In this document: positions 49,762-59,399 of the stretch, one piece after another
How positions within the stretch are numbered: position 1 is the first letter of the stretch
Layout: every line of letters begins with the position of its first letter
Virus record (IMG/VR): IMGVR_UViG_3300036760_000306
Coordinates: 1-64,000 of that record
Source of the DNA: a virus
Direction: 5' to 3' (one strand)
Length of the DNA stretch: 64,000 nucleotides
The notes under the pieces: generated by a model
What the model saw: only the letters and a program-made list of their open reading frames with translations
Told to the model about the DNA's origin: nothing
The model's database searches: none
Made by a program: the position numbers and the translations under genes

Positions 49762-50238
49762 ATGAAGCAGGATTCCCAGCCCGCTGATCCAGCAGCTTCA
49801 CCCCCTGTCGTGCCGTTCTTGCCGTTGTTTTCCTACGGTACGCTGCGCCACCCCGAGGTTCAACTGCACCTGTTCGGCCGGACTGTGAAGTCGGAAGATG
49901 CCGTACTTCACGGTTATCGGGTGGTTGCGGGACCCGATGGCTACTTCTTCATTGAACAGGACGAGACCACAGAGACTGCCGGAGAACTTCTGTTCTTGAC
50001 TCAGGAGCAGGTCTATCGCGCCGATCAATGGGAGGAAGTTCCTCTCTATGTGCGAAGCAGGGTCACGGTCCAGCTCAGCAACGGGGACTCCGTGAGCGCC
50101 TGGGCCTACTTTCGGCCAGAGATGACCGGTATGCTGCAACAGCGTGTGGCTCACCGCTTCCTGATCGCCTCGTTCAAGCCGGGCGACTACATCTTGTTCG
50201 GGAAATTCCGGAACAAGCGGGCTCGCGTGATCATATGA
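49762..50238 (+). CDS. Gamma-glutamylcyclotransferase-like (AIG2) protein with a C-terminal tag motif
   Basis: LFSYGTLR, ADQWE..Y.R, AWAY; followed by MLQQRVAHRFLIAS. Confidence 0.8.
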   Translation: MKQDSQPADPAASPPVVPFLPLFSYGTLRHPEVQLHLFGRTVKSEDAVLHGYRVVAGPDGYFFIEQDETTETAGELLFLTQEQVYRADQWEEVPLYVRSRVTVQLSNGDSVSAWAYFRPEMTGMLQQRVAHRFLIASFKPGDYILFGKFRNKRARVII

Positions 50239-52754
50239 CCCCCGAGGCCATTCTGGAGTCACAGCAGTTGGAAGCGGCGGAACGGGCTCTCGTTCAGAGG
50301 GTGGCCCAGCGCTACTTTGAAGGCTCTCGGACACTAGTGGGCGGTCGTCTAGCTCTTCCCATTAAAATGGCTAATGGTATCAATAACTGGGCCAAGGCAG
50401 TCTTTGGGGCCTGGGTTGTAGCGCACACTAAAAAAAGCCTTCTGACCGCTACAATGCCAAAAAGGCAAGCTGAACTTCAGAAGGTGCTCAACGCTGCCAA
50501 ACAAGATGCTAAAGGGCGGGCACCAGTCCCTCCCGATCAGGTGACCAAGACGTTTCGAGTGGCCCTCGATGATTTGCCGTCCGGGTATCCGGTAGACCGC
50601 ATGACGAAGATGCTGAGTGCGCTCCCAGTGACCCTGGACTTCACTGGGAAGCCCTACCCGCACGAGGGTGCTTACACGGCGGGTTACTTCGATGTTGAGT
50701 CTCGCGACCTTGTCTTACACCTTCATGGTACTCTGAACCCACCCTCTGATGTTACGGATTATCAATTCCGTCTAGGGGAGATGCAGACCGTTCTAGAGCA
50801 TGAACTACGGCATATGGTGCAAACCTTGCTTGGTGACGCCTTGGGGAAATCTATACTCAAGGATGACTGGGAAGTGGGCTCCCCTCACAGGTCGGACCCA
50901 GACCATGAGTTACTAAAGAAACACCCTGAGGATCAGTATTTCTTGGAGCCTTGGGAATTCCATACTTGGGTTGGACAGGCAAAAGATCTGTTTCTTAATC
51001 AAGTTAGCTTTCGTCCCGAGTACCTGAAAAAGCTCTATAGTGACGAGGAGGTGGTGCTGGAACCGACACGAAAAGAGTTCAATCTTTTCGTTGGTGATCC
51101 AAAGCCGACTCCAGCGGGAGTCCAGAATCAAGGGGTTTACACCTCTCCGTTTTTTGCGGCCTTGTGGCGGCACGATCGTAAACGTTGGCAAAGAGCGGTT
51201 GCCGAGTTATGGCAACAACTTTCATCGGAGCGGGCTCTCGTCCACAAGGTGGCTCAGCGCTACCTCGAAGCGACTGTCCCTCGGTACGTGTACCATTGGA
51301 CGAAAGCGAAGGCTCTACCCAGTATTTTAAGCAGGGGGCTTCTCCCCATGCCCTCCCCTGCCGCAGAAGGACGGGTTGTTTGGTTGTCAGCCAACCCTGA
51401 CAAATGGCGGGAGTTCGTGGAGAAGCAACACGAGGCACCTGGGAACGAAGCGGTACTACTACGCATCCCTGCAAGTGCAATTCCTGACTTGCAGGGATTG
51501 AAGCAGTCTCCGAACACCTTTGTCACAAACCGACGCATACCGCCAAGTGCTATTGAGGTCGTAACACCCAAGGAAGCGGCGACCGCAGCAAGGTTTAGGC
51601 GTCTGGCCCGTGAGGTACGGATCGTCATCGATCGTGATGCCACGCTTGTAGTCCGGGCCAAGCACCACGACACCTCGATAGTTGGAACCTTTGAATCAAC
51701 GGTCTCTCTGTACCGGATCTTTGACGGTGAAGAATTGGTGCGGTTGGCTCGATCAGGACGTTTCACCGGAGGCACCTACTCGGTTGGTTCAGAACGCGCC
51801 CACGGTGCTAGTTGGGGCGAGAACATCTCCGAGATAATCGGGTGGGGCAACCGTCAACGCGGTCACCGGCTTGGCGACGACTTGTTCTTGGCCAAGATCG
51901 ACGCTTCGGGCCGACGCTTTTACCACATGACCCCGGAGGTCGAGTTTCAACCTGAAGGTGAGTCCCTACAACCCGCCACCATGGATGTATCGAAGTGCAG
52001 CACCGGCCTTGGATGCAGTGTGGTCGATGTCCTGTTCAATGACGCGACGTTCTACCGCGTAGATCCGGGTGGGCAGATTGAACCGCTGTCCGATCAAGAA
52101 CTCCACAGCTACATGAAAGCACGGCCCCAGAAGGATGTGGATCTTCGAGCGGTCAGTCGCGTCATGCACTCCGGCACCATCTACGGGGTTGATGTTAATG
52201 TGGTGCTCGACCAAGAAGCACCCGATCACGAGCTACAGCCGCCATCCCCCTACTACCGCACTTGGTATGTAGAAGTGACGAGGGTGCCCGCCGAAGAGAC
52301 GGTGATCCTGAAGGGTGCCAAGACCCTAGAGCTTGCGGTCCATAAGGCTAAGAATCTCTTGAAGGGTACCACCGCTGATGATTGGCAGGGTGCTCGCCCT
52401 GTGTCCTTACTACCCAAGGCAGCCATGGATGTATGGCGCAAGCGTGAGCAGATCTGGCAGCAACGAGCCCGTTTGCAAAGAACGGCATCTGGGGGAGTAT
52501 CGACGGCAACCAACAGCTTCAATACTAAGCCAGGTAAACGGGTGACCCTGAGTGCCTATCACTCCCTCGCGGGTGACTTTGAAGGTGTAGCGGAATCCGC
52601 TGTGCCTTATGTGTACGCCCCCAAGAAGTTCAAAGAACTGGCTCCCACCATCTATGCAGCGGTGGCGAAATGGTTCAAGGGGGCACACGTCCGATATGCT
52701 GGGGATTCCTTTGCTAGCAATCCCATAGGGGAAGTCGAGGCGGCGCTGTGGTGA
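50235..52754 (+). CDS. Polyvalent protein: zincin peptidase, ART/Tpt1-like domain and further modules
   Basis: ATGA overlap start; LEHELRH + YFLEPWE; YHWT..SILSRGL.P..VWLS..VLLRI..RIPPSAI; modules separated by ERALVxxVAQRY. Confidence 0.75.
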   Translation: MTPEAILESQQLEAAERALVQRVAQRYFEGSRTLVGGRLALPIKMANGINNWAKAVFGAWVVAHTKKSLLTATMPKRQAELQKVLNAAKQDAKGRAPVPPDQVTKTFRVALDDLPSGYPVDRMTKMLSALPVTLDFTGKPYPHEGAYTAGYFDVESRDLVLHLHGTLNPPSDVTDYQFRLGEMQTVLEHELRHMVQTLLGDALGKSILKDDWEVGSPHRSDPDHELLKKHPEDQYFLEPWEFHTWVGQAKDLFLNQVSFRPEYLKKLYSDEEVVLEPTRKEFNLFVGDPKPTPAGVQNQGVYTSPFFAALWRHDRKRWQRAVAELWQQLSSERALVHKVAQRYLEATVPRYVYHWTKAKALPSILSRGLLPMPSPAAEGRVVWLSANPDKWREFVEKQHEAPGNEAVLLRIPASAIPDLQGLKQSPNTFVTNRRIPPSAIEVVTPKEAATAARFRRLAREVRIVIDRDATLVVRAKHHDTSIVGTFESTVSLYRIFDGEELVRLARSGRFTGGTYSVGSERAHGASWGENISEIIGWGNRQRGHRLGDDLFLAKIDASGRRFYHMTPEVEFQPEGESLQPATMDVSKCSTGLGCSVVDVLFNDATFYRVDPGGQIEPLSDQELHSYMKARPQKDVDLRAVSRVMHSGTIYGVDVNVVLDQEAPDHELQPPSPYYRTWYVEVTRVPAEETVILKGAKTLELAVHKAKNLLKGTTADDWQGARPVSLLPKAAMDVWRKREQIWQQRARLQRTASGGVSTATNSFNTKPGKRVTLSAYHSLAGDFEGVAESAVPYVYAPKKFKELAPTIYAAVAKWFKGAHVRYAGDSFASNPIGEVEAALW

Positions 52755-55700
52755 TCCAAGCACGAGTAGCAGAGCGCTTCGTTAGGGTGTCGGCGTACTC
52801 CGAAGACACCCTAGAGGTTGTTGCGGCCGGTCTTGCTCTACTGATCGCACAGAACTACATCGTCACCAATCCCTTCTTCGATGAGAAGGAGATCCGAACC
52901 TACCTGCTGTTGCGCAAGCAGTTCCACGGGGACTTCGTTCAAGCGTGCCTGGACCTGGCGAATGCCTTTGAAGAGGGCCAGTTCGGGCAGAGCGTGCAAC
53001 CGGCTGTCCCAGCTCTACGGGCTATTGGGCATCTTGGGGTCAAGCAGGATCAGCAAGCGATCCGACAACTCGCGAGAGCATTCCGAGGACTCAAGCACCT
53101 CAAGTACAAGGATGTCGAGAACCCGAAGCTCATGCGGCTCATCCTGATGGCCCGCAGACTTGATGTCACCGCCCCGATCGACGCATGGTCGTCCGGTGGC
53201 AGGGATATCAAGGATTTCCTGGAGAACCTGGTCAAGATCCCAGCAGTGCCCACGAGGCTCCGAACACTTCTTCGTAAAGTCATTAAGATGCCTGTGCCCG
53301 GCAGTACACTCACCGAGAACGCCAATCCGGGTGCTTGGTTTGAGATGCCTGCTGAGGAGAAGCAGAATCTTCGGGAGTTGACTGAGAAAGTTGAACAAGA
53401 GCAGCTTGACATCTGGGAGAAGCACAAAGACTCGGATGCCAATGAGCGCATGGCCGCTTACCAGAGTGCGGCTCGACGGCTCCAGAAGATTCAGAGCATC
53501 GCGGGTGTGAACGTTGGGATCATCAAACGCGAGGATAAGGTCCCGCTCGATGCCTTGCTGAAGAAAGAGTCGGGGCTCGAAACCGATGGGCCTACCGAGT
53601 ACACGCGACTCAAGCTTGAGGACTATATCAAGAAGATGGGTACCTACGGTGCCCAACGGAAAGAAGGCGACCCCCTTCCTCGTGAGATCAGCAAGCTGCT
53701 GACCAGCCTTCGTAAGGCTAAGACGTTCCCAACGATGCAGCGCGTGATCAAAGACGCGGTGGATCGTCAAGTGCTGGGCCGTGGGGCTGTCGAGGACGTG
53801 GACCAAATCCTCAAGCAGGCGAACAAGAACCGGGCGTTGAAAGAGGGCAAGCCCCTTACGCCACTTCAGTTCAGCCCACAAACATTGGAGCAGTTCAAGG
53901 CAGCGCACGACACGGGACCTGTGGAGTTCGACCCTGACTTCACGGAAGACGAGAAGCAGCAGTTGCTGGGCCGGGTTTCACGGGCCATCAGTGACTTGGA
54001 GGGTGTCTACGGGGAGGGCTTCTGCGGTAAGCATGCCAAGAAACTCGCGTTCCGTTTCAACAAAGGGTACAGCGGGATGGCATCCGCTCACTACTTCACG
54101 TGGGACGATCGCAAAACGTGGCAACCCAGGGTGACGTTCGGTCCGGAGTACGAAGGACTCTTGGCTCACGAGCTGTCGCACTACCTTGAGGACTTGCTGG
54201 CGTACCAGATCCAGAAGCAGACTGAACCTGAGCGTATCGAGGCCCTCAAGATCAAAGGGATCGAGGGCGGCCCGGGTGTTCTGTTTTCCAACACAGGCGT
54301 ACCCTTGAGTCGCTTCGCTGAGGCGGGTTCCCTGGCGAGCTATCGGGACCACCTGGGCAAGACGATCCCAGAGTTCGTTGATTTCATCGACGCTGTACTG
54401 GCCACACCGGACTACAAGCGCTGGGAGGACAAGCTTGGATCGGCTTACGACTCAGCGCTGCCCAAGGCGATCAAGGCGCTGACCGGCATGAACTATTACG
54501 ACCTGCCCAAAGATCACCCGTATTACAGTCTGATCGACAAAGCACGGTACCGCTCTGATCTACCGCCGGAAGTAAACGCCGAGGCACAGAAGCAGTACAA
54601 GGCTATGATGGGCGGCGACGATCGCAAGCTCAGTTACTACAACAGCTCCACCGAGGTTTGGGCCCGGATGTGCGAGCAGTACGTATACAACCGGCTTATC
54701 GACGCGGGGATCTCAAATCCGTGGCTCACTCAGATGAACTACGAGGATGATGTTTTCATGGACGAGAAGACCTTCGATACCAAGCTACGTCCTATCATGG
54801 ACAAGATCTTTGCCAAGCTGAAAGGCCGTAAGCTTATTGCAGGAGTTCCGATGAGCCCCCTACGTGAACGACTAGCGGACCGCTTCCTACTCGTGGCCCG
54901 AGTGGCGGCCCGCTACAAAGAGGCAAAGTACAAGAGCAAAAAAGTAGTGCCCAAAGCCAGCGGCAAAGGCACTACTGAGGTGTTGGTCTACTCGGATCGG
55001 CAGATAGCCCTACGTAAAAGCAAGAAAAGCAAGCGCCTTCAGAAGCTCAGTGGGCACATCGACAAGATGATGGCCAAGGTCAAGAAGGACTTGACCTCTA
55101 GTGATCAGAAGACTGCACGTGTTGCGCTCGCCATAATGTTGATTAATGAAACGTACGAGCGCGTTGGAAATGATACGAGTGCTGCGGGCGAGAACTCAGA
55201 CACGGATTCCACCCCGCACCTTGGGGTGACCGGGTGGTCAAAAAAGAACATCAAGTTCACGGGCGGTAAAGCCAAGATCTCCTACCGTGGCAAGAGTTCT
55301 GTAGACCATGTGAAAATCGTGGAAGACCCGGCGACGGTCAAGGCACTCAAAAAAGCCTATGACGAATGTGAAGGGGACAAGGACTGCATCTTCCACTGGG
55401 CAGATGGGAAAGTCACGGCCAAAGAAGTCAACGAGGAGTTACGATCCTTTGGGGATTTGACTGCCAAGGATTTGAGGGGGTGGCACGCCAACAGGCTCAT
55501 GAAAGAAGAGCTGGCTAAGGTACGAAAAGGCAAGCTACCCGAGGATAAGAAGGAGCGGGAGAAAAAGCTCAAGGATGAGTGGAAGAAAGCCTTGGAGGTC
55601 ACGGCGGAGGAAATCCAGCACGAACCTGGCACCCTTCAGGGACAATACCTGGTAGACTCAATGCGTGAACAATACCTGAAGGACGGTACCATAATCGAAC

Positions 55701-55933
55701 GTTTGGATAAGACCGCCATGCTTGACAACTGCGTAATTGACAGCCCCGCATCGGTCTTTGACCAAGTTGGGATCAAGCGGGGTGACCATTACACGATCAC
55801 CTGTGATGGTTGCGGAGCTGTGACTCGTTGTCGTTGTGATGGACCTAGAATTGAGGCTCACGTTCCTTCGTGTCCCGAGTGTGCCCCGAGTGCTCTTTCT
55901 GTCCGCTATCAAGTCTCAGAAGGTGCTGGGTAG
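52748..55933 (+). CDS. Polyvalent protein: zincin, LPD1-like domain, topoisomerase IB and Zn ribbon
   Basis: LAHELSH; YYNSSTEVWARMCEQY; Topo IB residues RVGN, YRGKS, KDLR, HEP, QY; terminal CDGC..CRC..CPEC. Confidence 0.8.
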   Translation: MVIQARVAERFVRVSAYSEDTLEVVAAGLALLIAQNYIVTNPFFDEKEIRTYLLLRKQFHGDFVQACLDLANAFEEGQFGQSVQPAVPALRAIGHLGVKQDQQAIRQLARAFRGLKHLKYKDVENPKLMRLILMARRLDVTAPIDAWSSGGRDIKDFLENLVKIPAVPTRLRTLLRKVIKMPVPGSTLTENANPGAWFEMPAEEKQNLRELTEKVEQEQLDIWEKHKDSDANERMAAYQSAARRLQKIQSIAGVNVGIIKREDKVPLDALLKKESGLETDGPTEYTRLKLEDYIKKMGTYGAQRKEGDPLPREISKLLTSLRKAKTFPTMQRVIKDAVDRQVLGRGAVEDVDQILKQANKNRALKEGKPLTPLQFSPQTLEQFKAAHDTGPVEFDPDFTEDEKQQLLGRVSRAISDLEGVYGEGFCGKHAKKLAFRFNKGYSGMASAHYFTWDDRKTWQPRVTFGPEYEGLLAHELSHYLEDLLAYQIQKQTEPERIEALKIKGIEGGPGVLFSNTGVPLSRFAEAGSLASYRDHLGKTIPEFVDFIDAVLATPDYKRWEDKLGSAYDSALPKAIKALTGMNYYDLPKDHPYYSLIDKARYRSDLPPEVNAEAQKQYKAMMGGDDRKLSYYNSSTEVWARMCEQYVYNRLIDAGISNPWLTQMNYEDDVFMDEKTFDTKLRPIMDKIFAKLKGRKLIAGVPMSPLRERLADRFLLVARVAARYKEAKYKSKKVVPKASGKGTTEVLVYSDRQIALRKSKKSKRLQKLSGHIDKMMAKVKKDLTSSDQKTARVALAIMLINETYERVGNDTSAAGENSDTDSTPHLGVTGWSKKNIKFTGGKAKISYRGKSSVDHVKIVEDPATVKALKKAYDECEGDKDCIFHWADGKVTAKEVNEELRSFGDLTAKDLRGWHANRLMKEELAKVRKGKLPEDKKEREKKLKDEWKKALEVTAEEIQHEPGTLQGQYLVDSMREQYLKDGTIIERLDKTAMLDNCVIDSPASVFDQVGIKRGDHYTITCDGCGAVTRCRCDGPRIEAHVPSCPECAPSALSVRYQVSEGAG

Positions 55934-55968
55934 GGAGGTTAAGGAGATGCTCCTTGGTGAACCGGGGA

Positions 55969-56136
55969 ATGGCGTCCAAAGTCCTGACTCGTTACCTCAC
56001 GGCCAGGGATGACCAAGGGGTGCATCGTTGGTCCGAAGAGGACCGGCGAAAAGCCAGTGAAGTTGAAAAAGAACTCAAACAGCTAAAGCAGACTATCGGT
56101 AAGCTTGCATCCGACCTTTTGCGGCTAGACCGCTAG
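55969..56136 (+). CDS. Small protein with N-terminal tag motif
   Basis: MASKVLTRYLTA followed by a short coiled coil. Confidence 0.6.
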   Translation: MASKVLTRYLTARDDQGVHRWSEEDRRKASEVEKELKQLKQTIGKLASDLLRLDR

Positions 56137-56169
56137 ACAGTCGTTTTCTAGTTATGCGCAACCTCAGGC

Positions 56170-56382
56170 ATGACCAACAAAAAGAAGATGCTCTTGGCCG
56201 GTGTGTTGCTCCTACTGGGTGGCGCTGCCGCAGCGTACAAGCCCGTGGCCTCTACCGCGAAGGCAAAGGAAGCCTGCAAAGATCTGCCGTCGTGTCAGGC
56301 AAGTTGTAGCAGCCCCTGTTTTTGCAACAGGTCCTGCTTCATCACTTGGTGCTGGGGGCCGTGGTACTGTCAGTGCGGCTGA
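56170..56382 (+). CDS. Small secreted Cys-rich peptide
   Basis: KKK plus hydrophobic signal/anchor; 9 Cys in the last ~36 aa, ending CQCG. Confidence 0.65.
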   Translation: MTNKKKMLLAGVLLLLGGAAAAYKPVASTAKAKEACKDLPSCQASCSSPCFCNRSCFITWCWGPWYCQCG

Positions 56383-56392
56383 TCAGTCGCAC

Positions 56393-56710
56393 CTAGAACT
56401 CATCGCATTTGATGGGGCAGCTCGGGCCGCGTGGGGAGGCCCCGCAGGTTGGGCACGGGCTCTGTGGCTTGACGTAATCAGGTACAGTGTGAACCGGGGC
56501 TGAGGCTTCGACCCACACGACCCTGGTCTTGTCGTCATGTCCGTGGATCGCCACCACGTCATCGATGGTGGCGTACATACCCATGGAGGATCGCTTGGCG
56601 AGCCAGTGGATCACGCATTCGCGATTCGTGAACTCAACACCTTCGGCAACAACACCTGTGCCGCTGACGCCTGAGGAATCTTCGTCACGATGAAGCTGAA
56701 AGAGCCGCAT
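56393..56710 (-). CDS. Conserved phage hypothetical protein
   Basis: MRLFQLHRDEDSSGVSGTGVVAEGVEF...IHGH, a pattern seen in small phage proteins. Confidence 0.7.
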   Translation of the reverse strand: MRLFQLHRDEDSSGVSGTGVVAEGVEFTNRECVIHWLAKRSSMGMYATIDDVVAIHGHDDKTRVVWVEASAPVHTVPDYVKPQSPCPTCGASPRGPSCPIKCDEF

Positions 56711-56715
56711 TTGGA

Positions 56716-57666
56716 TTACTCCTGGATACGAGTCGAACCGCACCCGCACACAACCTCAGCATAACTATAGAAGGCTCCGCAATCGGCGCATTCAAGAGGA
56801 AACGAGGCAGGCATATAGTTGCGGACCGGGACATCGATCTTCAGGTTCTTTGGCTGCCCAACTATAACTAGCTCGTTGACCTTCCCTCGCTTGTCTCCCT
56901 TCGAGTTGACGTTACGCTTAGCGCCCACGGTGTGCAAAGCAAAGCCTTCATACAATTCGTGCACAAGAGGAGCATCCGAGTTTGACTGCACGCACATGAC
57001 CCCGCGATCCACAAGCTTACGGAACAGCTCGGCAAGTTCCCGTTGTTCGTCAGGCCCAAACTGCCCTGCGTAGGCTGTGAAACTGGCGGTTTCCGAGACG
57101 GGTACGTAGGGCGGATCAAAGTACACGAGATCCCCAGCTTGGGCATCATGCACTGCCTCAGCGAATCCGCCGACCCGTAGGGTGGCAAAGCGTTGAAGGG
57201 TCTCTTGGCACGCCTCAATGTTGTGGCGGTCGTAGAGGCTGGGGTTGTCGTACTTACCGTAGGGGGCGTTGAACTTCCCCGAGCGGTTGACCCGGTAGAG
57301 GCCGTTGAAGCACGTCCGGTTCAGGTAGAGGGTGCGGGCCGCCTTCTCGACTGGATCCTCGTACTCCACCGCACGGATTCGCTTGAACTGCTGTTCCGTG
57401 TTCCAGTCCTGGTCTAGCTTGTATTGGTCAAGACGACGCAGTAGCTCTGGGAGTTGGTCGCGGACCACTTGATAGCAGTTGATCAGCTCGGGGTTGAAGT
57501 CGTTGAGTATGGCTTGGCGGAAACGCCGCCGGTCGGCGAAGTGGAAGAACACTGCTCCGCCACCTACGAAGGGCTCGTAAAAAGTCAGACTCTTGTGGGT
57601 AATGAGCTTGGAGAGCTTACCCAGTAACTGTGTCTTACCGCCAACATATTTAACGAATGGCTTCAA
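56716..57666 (-). CDS. dam: Dam-type (D12 class) N6-adenine DNA methyltransferase
   Basis: KYVGGK, EPFVGGGAV, LNRTCFNGLYRVN, YFDPPY; target sequence cannot be determined from the sequence alone. Confidence 0.92.
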   Translation of the reverse strand: MKPFVKYVGGKTQLLGKLSKLITHKSLTFYEPFVGGGAVFFHFADRRRFRQAILNDFNPELINCYQVVRDQLPELLRRLDQYKLDQDWNTEQQFKRIRAVEYEDPVEKAARTLYLNRTCFNGLYRVNRSGKFNAPYGKYDNPSLYDRHNIEACQETLQRFATLRVGGFAEAVHDAQAGDLVYFDPPYVPVSETASFTAYAGQFGPDEQRELAELFRKLVDRGVMCVQSNSDAPLVHELYEGFALHTVGAKRNVNSKGDKRGKVNELVIVGQPKNLKIDVPVRNYMPASFPLECADCGAFYSYAEVVCGCGSTRIQE

Positions 57667-57757
57667 CGTCTTGCTCCGTGCTTAATCCTACTGATCTGTG
57701 AGTCCCGGACGCCGAATCGAATAGCTAGTTCCTTTCCTGGTAGAGTGCTTGCACGGA

Positions 57758-57946
57758 TTAGTGCAACATATATTCAGTCTGAAGCAACAAATTCCTATGC
57801 TTCCCACCCCTAAGAACTGCGAGATGTGTGTGGTACCGGTTGCGTAAGCGTTTTCCGTTACCGATGTACCGCCGCCCATTCACATGGTTTACGATCGCGT
57901 AAATGCCAGGACTCAACGCGAGATTGTTAGGGACTTCAAATCTCAT
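57758..57946 (-). pseudogene. Truncated GIY-YIG endonuclease remnant
   Basis: GIYAIVN...YIG...R...H..L..GKH.N..LQ, then a stop at 62 aa. Confidence 0.75.
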
Positions 57947-58324
57947 TCACTCGTCCTCAGCATCTGCCAACGTCTCGGCCTCAGCGGTCACGGCCTGAAG
58001 GAAGTCTTGGAAGAAAGACTGCCAGGCGAGTACCACGGGGATTTCCCCACGCTCTTTGCTCCACGCCTCGTAGGCACTGATGACCCCTGGGCCCACCGCT
58101 TGAAAGAACAGGGCACGTAAGTGGTTGTCGGTAGCAAGGGACCGCTTCAGGACGGTCTGGGCAGCCGTCAGAAACAACGCCGTGGAGTCACCCCCGACTT
58201 CGCAGCCCTTCTCGAAAGCATCCTTCGTGAGGGCCAACAGGGCCTCTTGGGCTTGCGCTGGTGGGATGCTGGCCGCCACCATGAGCTGGTACGCGGGGTC
58301 GAAAGTGGGGAGGTCAGTGTTCAT
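57947..58324 (-). CDS. Hypothetical protein
   Basis: 125-aa ORF in the - strand operon. Confidence 0.55.
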   Translation of the reverse strand: MNTDLPTFDPAYQLMVAASIPPAQAQEALLALTKDAFEKGCEVGGDSTALFLTAAQTVLKRSLATDNHLRALFFQAVGPGVISAYEAWSKERGEIPVVLAWQSFFQDFLQAVTAEAETLADAEDE

Positions 58325-58391
58325 CGAGGGCCTCGAAAATGGCGAGGTCTTGTGATCGTCTCAGGGCCAACAGGAGGTAAGGCTAGTACGG

Positions 58392-59018
58392 TTAGCATCT
58401 GGACATCTTTCGCATTGGTGCATAGGTCATCCTATGTGCTGGGCTTGGGCCTAAACTAGTTAGTCCAGTTAGATGCTTAGTTGTACCGTACCCGGCAGAA
58501 CTTGATAAGTCGTACCCAGGGTATTGACGATCTAGCTCATCCATAATCCTATCATGTTGGACCTTGGCCACAATTGACGCTGCTCCAACGACTTGAAGTA
58601 GTGCATCTGCCTTTGGTAACGTGTAGGAGCCTAAGACGCTGCGTATACCGTCAATAATGCACAGAGGCGTTTCTGTTACCCCTTGCTTGGAGTGCTCCGC
58701 TAATGCCCCAGTGATTGCCCTGGAATGCGCTTCTACGAATGCTCGACCAGCCCCAAGTGAATCAAATTCATCCGCATACATGTGTACTACGTGATAGGTA
58801 ATCGATTTGATGAGCTGCGGGTATAGGTACTCACGAGCTGTGCGGGTCAACTTCTTGGAATCTGTGACCCCAGGCATGCTCCAACTTCTTGGCGCAATAG
58901 CGGCACACACGGAAAGCGGACCTGCCCAGCTCCCCAAACCCACTTCATCACTACCAAGGATAAATTGATGGGTCTCAATCTTGGCTTGAAGCAATGGTGG
59001 GATCAGGGGTGGTGTCAT
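58392..59018 (-). CDS. rnhB: Ribonuclease HII
   Basis: GSDEVGLGSWAGPL, DSKKL, IIDG, KAD, AASIVAK, GYGT..H. Confidence 0.92.
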   Translation of the reverse strand: MTPPLIPPLLQAKIETHQFILGSDEVGLGSWAGPLSVCAAIAPRSWSMPGVTDSKKLTRTAREYLYPQLIKSITYHVVHMYADEFDSLGAGRAFVEAHSRAITGALAEHSKQGVTETPLCIIDGIRSVLGSYTLPKADALLQVVGAASIVAKVQHDRIMDELDRQYPGYDLSSSAGYGTTKHLTGLTSLGPSPAHRMTYAPMRKMSRC

Positions 59019-59026
59019 ACCTACCT

Positions 59027-59033
59027 ATACACC
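59027..59033 (-). promoter_or_regulatory. GGTGTAT element
   Basis: TAT 11 nt upstream of the rnhB ATG. Confidence 0.6.
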
Positions 59034-59049
59034 GAAGCAATCTGGAGTG

Positions 59050-59379
59050 TCACCGGAGGCCATGGAGTAACCTGTCTACCCGCTCGGGTTCTCGTTTCCT
59101 GAGTTCCGCTTCGACTCGGCTGTAGAACGTGGCCCGGTTCAGCATCCGGTGCCGCACGGTGGAGATCAGGCCCCCGCCCATCCGGAGGGCGCTGAAGGTG
59201 ATGGTCAAGAACGAAACCATCGCCAGCGTGCTCAGGCGTTCGACCTGGAGCTTGGCGAGGATTAGGTCCGCATCGGGCGCGAGTTCCCCAAGCTCAGGGC
59301 TCATTCTCTCGTAGATGGCATCGACCAACGAGTCGTCGGACCCTTGCCACGTGTAAATCGTCTCAACCCACTCATCCAT
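59050..59379 (-). CDS. Hypothetical protein
   Basis: ATG at the motif-defined spacing. Confidence 0.6.
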   Translation of the reverse strand: MDEWVETIYTWQGSDDSLVDAIYERMSPELGELAPDADLILAKLQVERLSTLAMVSFLTITFSALRMGGGLISTVRHRMLNRATFYSRVEAELRKREPERVDRLLHGLR

Positions 59380-59388
59380 GGGGCGAGA

Positions 59389-59395
59389 CTACACC
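59389..59395 (-). promoter_or_regulatory. GGTGTAG(TCT) element, leaderless spacing
   Basis: TAGTCT 12 nt upstream of ATG 59379. Confidence 0.7.
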
Positions 59396-59399
59396 AGAA

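Noticed and set aside
50028-50234. N-terminal 69 aa of the 908-aa ORF
   Set aside because: Overlaps the GGCT gene; the ATGA-coupled ATG at 50235 is the better start
50280-51272. Diversity-generating retroelement TR/VR pair
   Set aside because: The repeats are short, mismatches are not adenine-specific, and no reverse transcriptase is present in the window
53015-53908. 297-aa - strand ORF
   Set aside because: Antisense to the well-supported polyvalent protein
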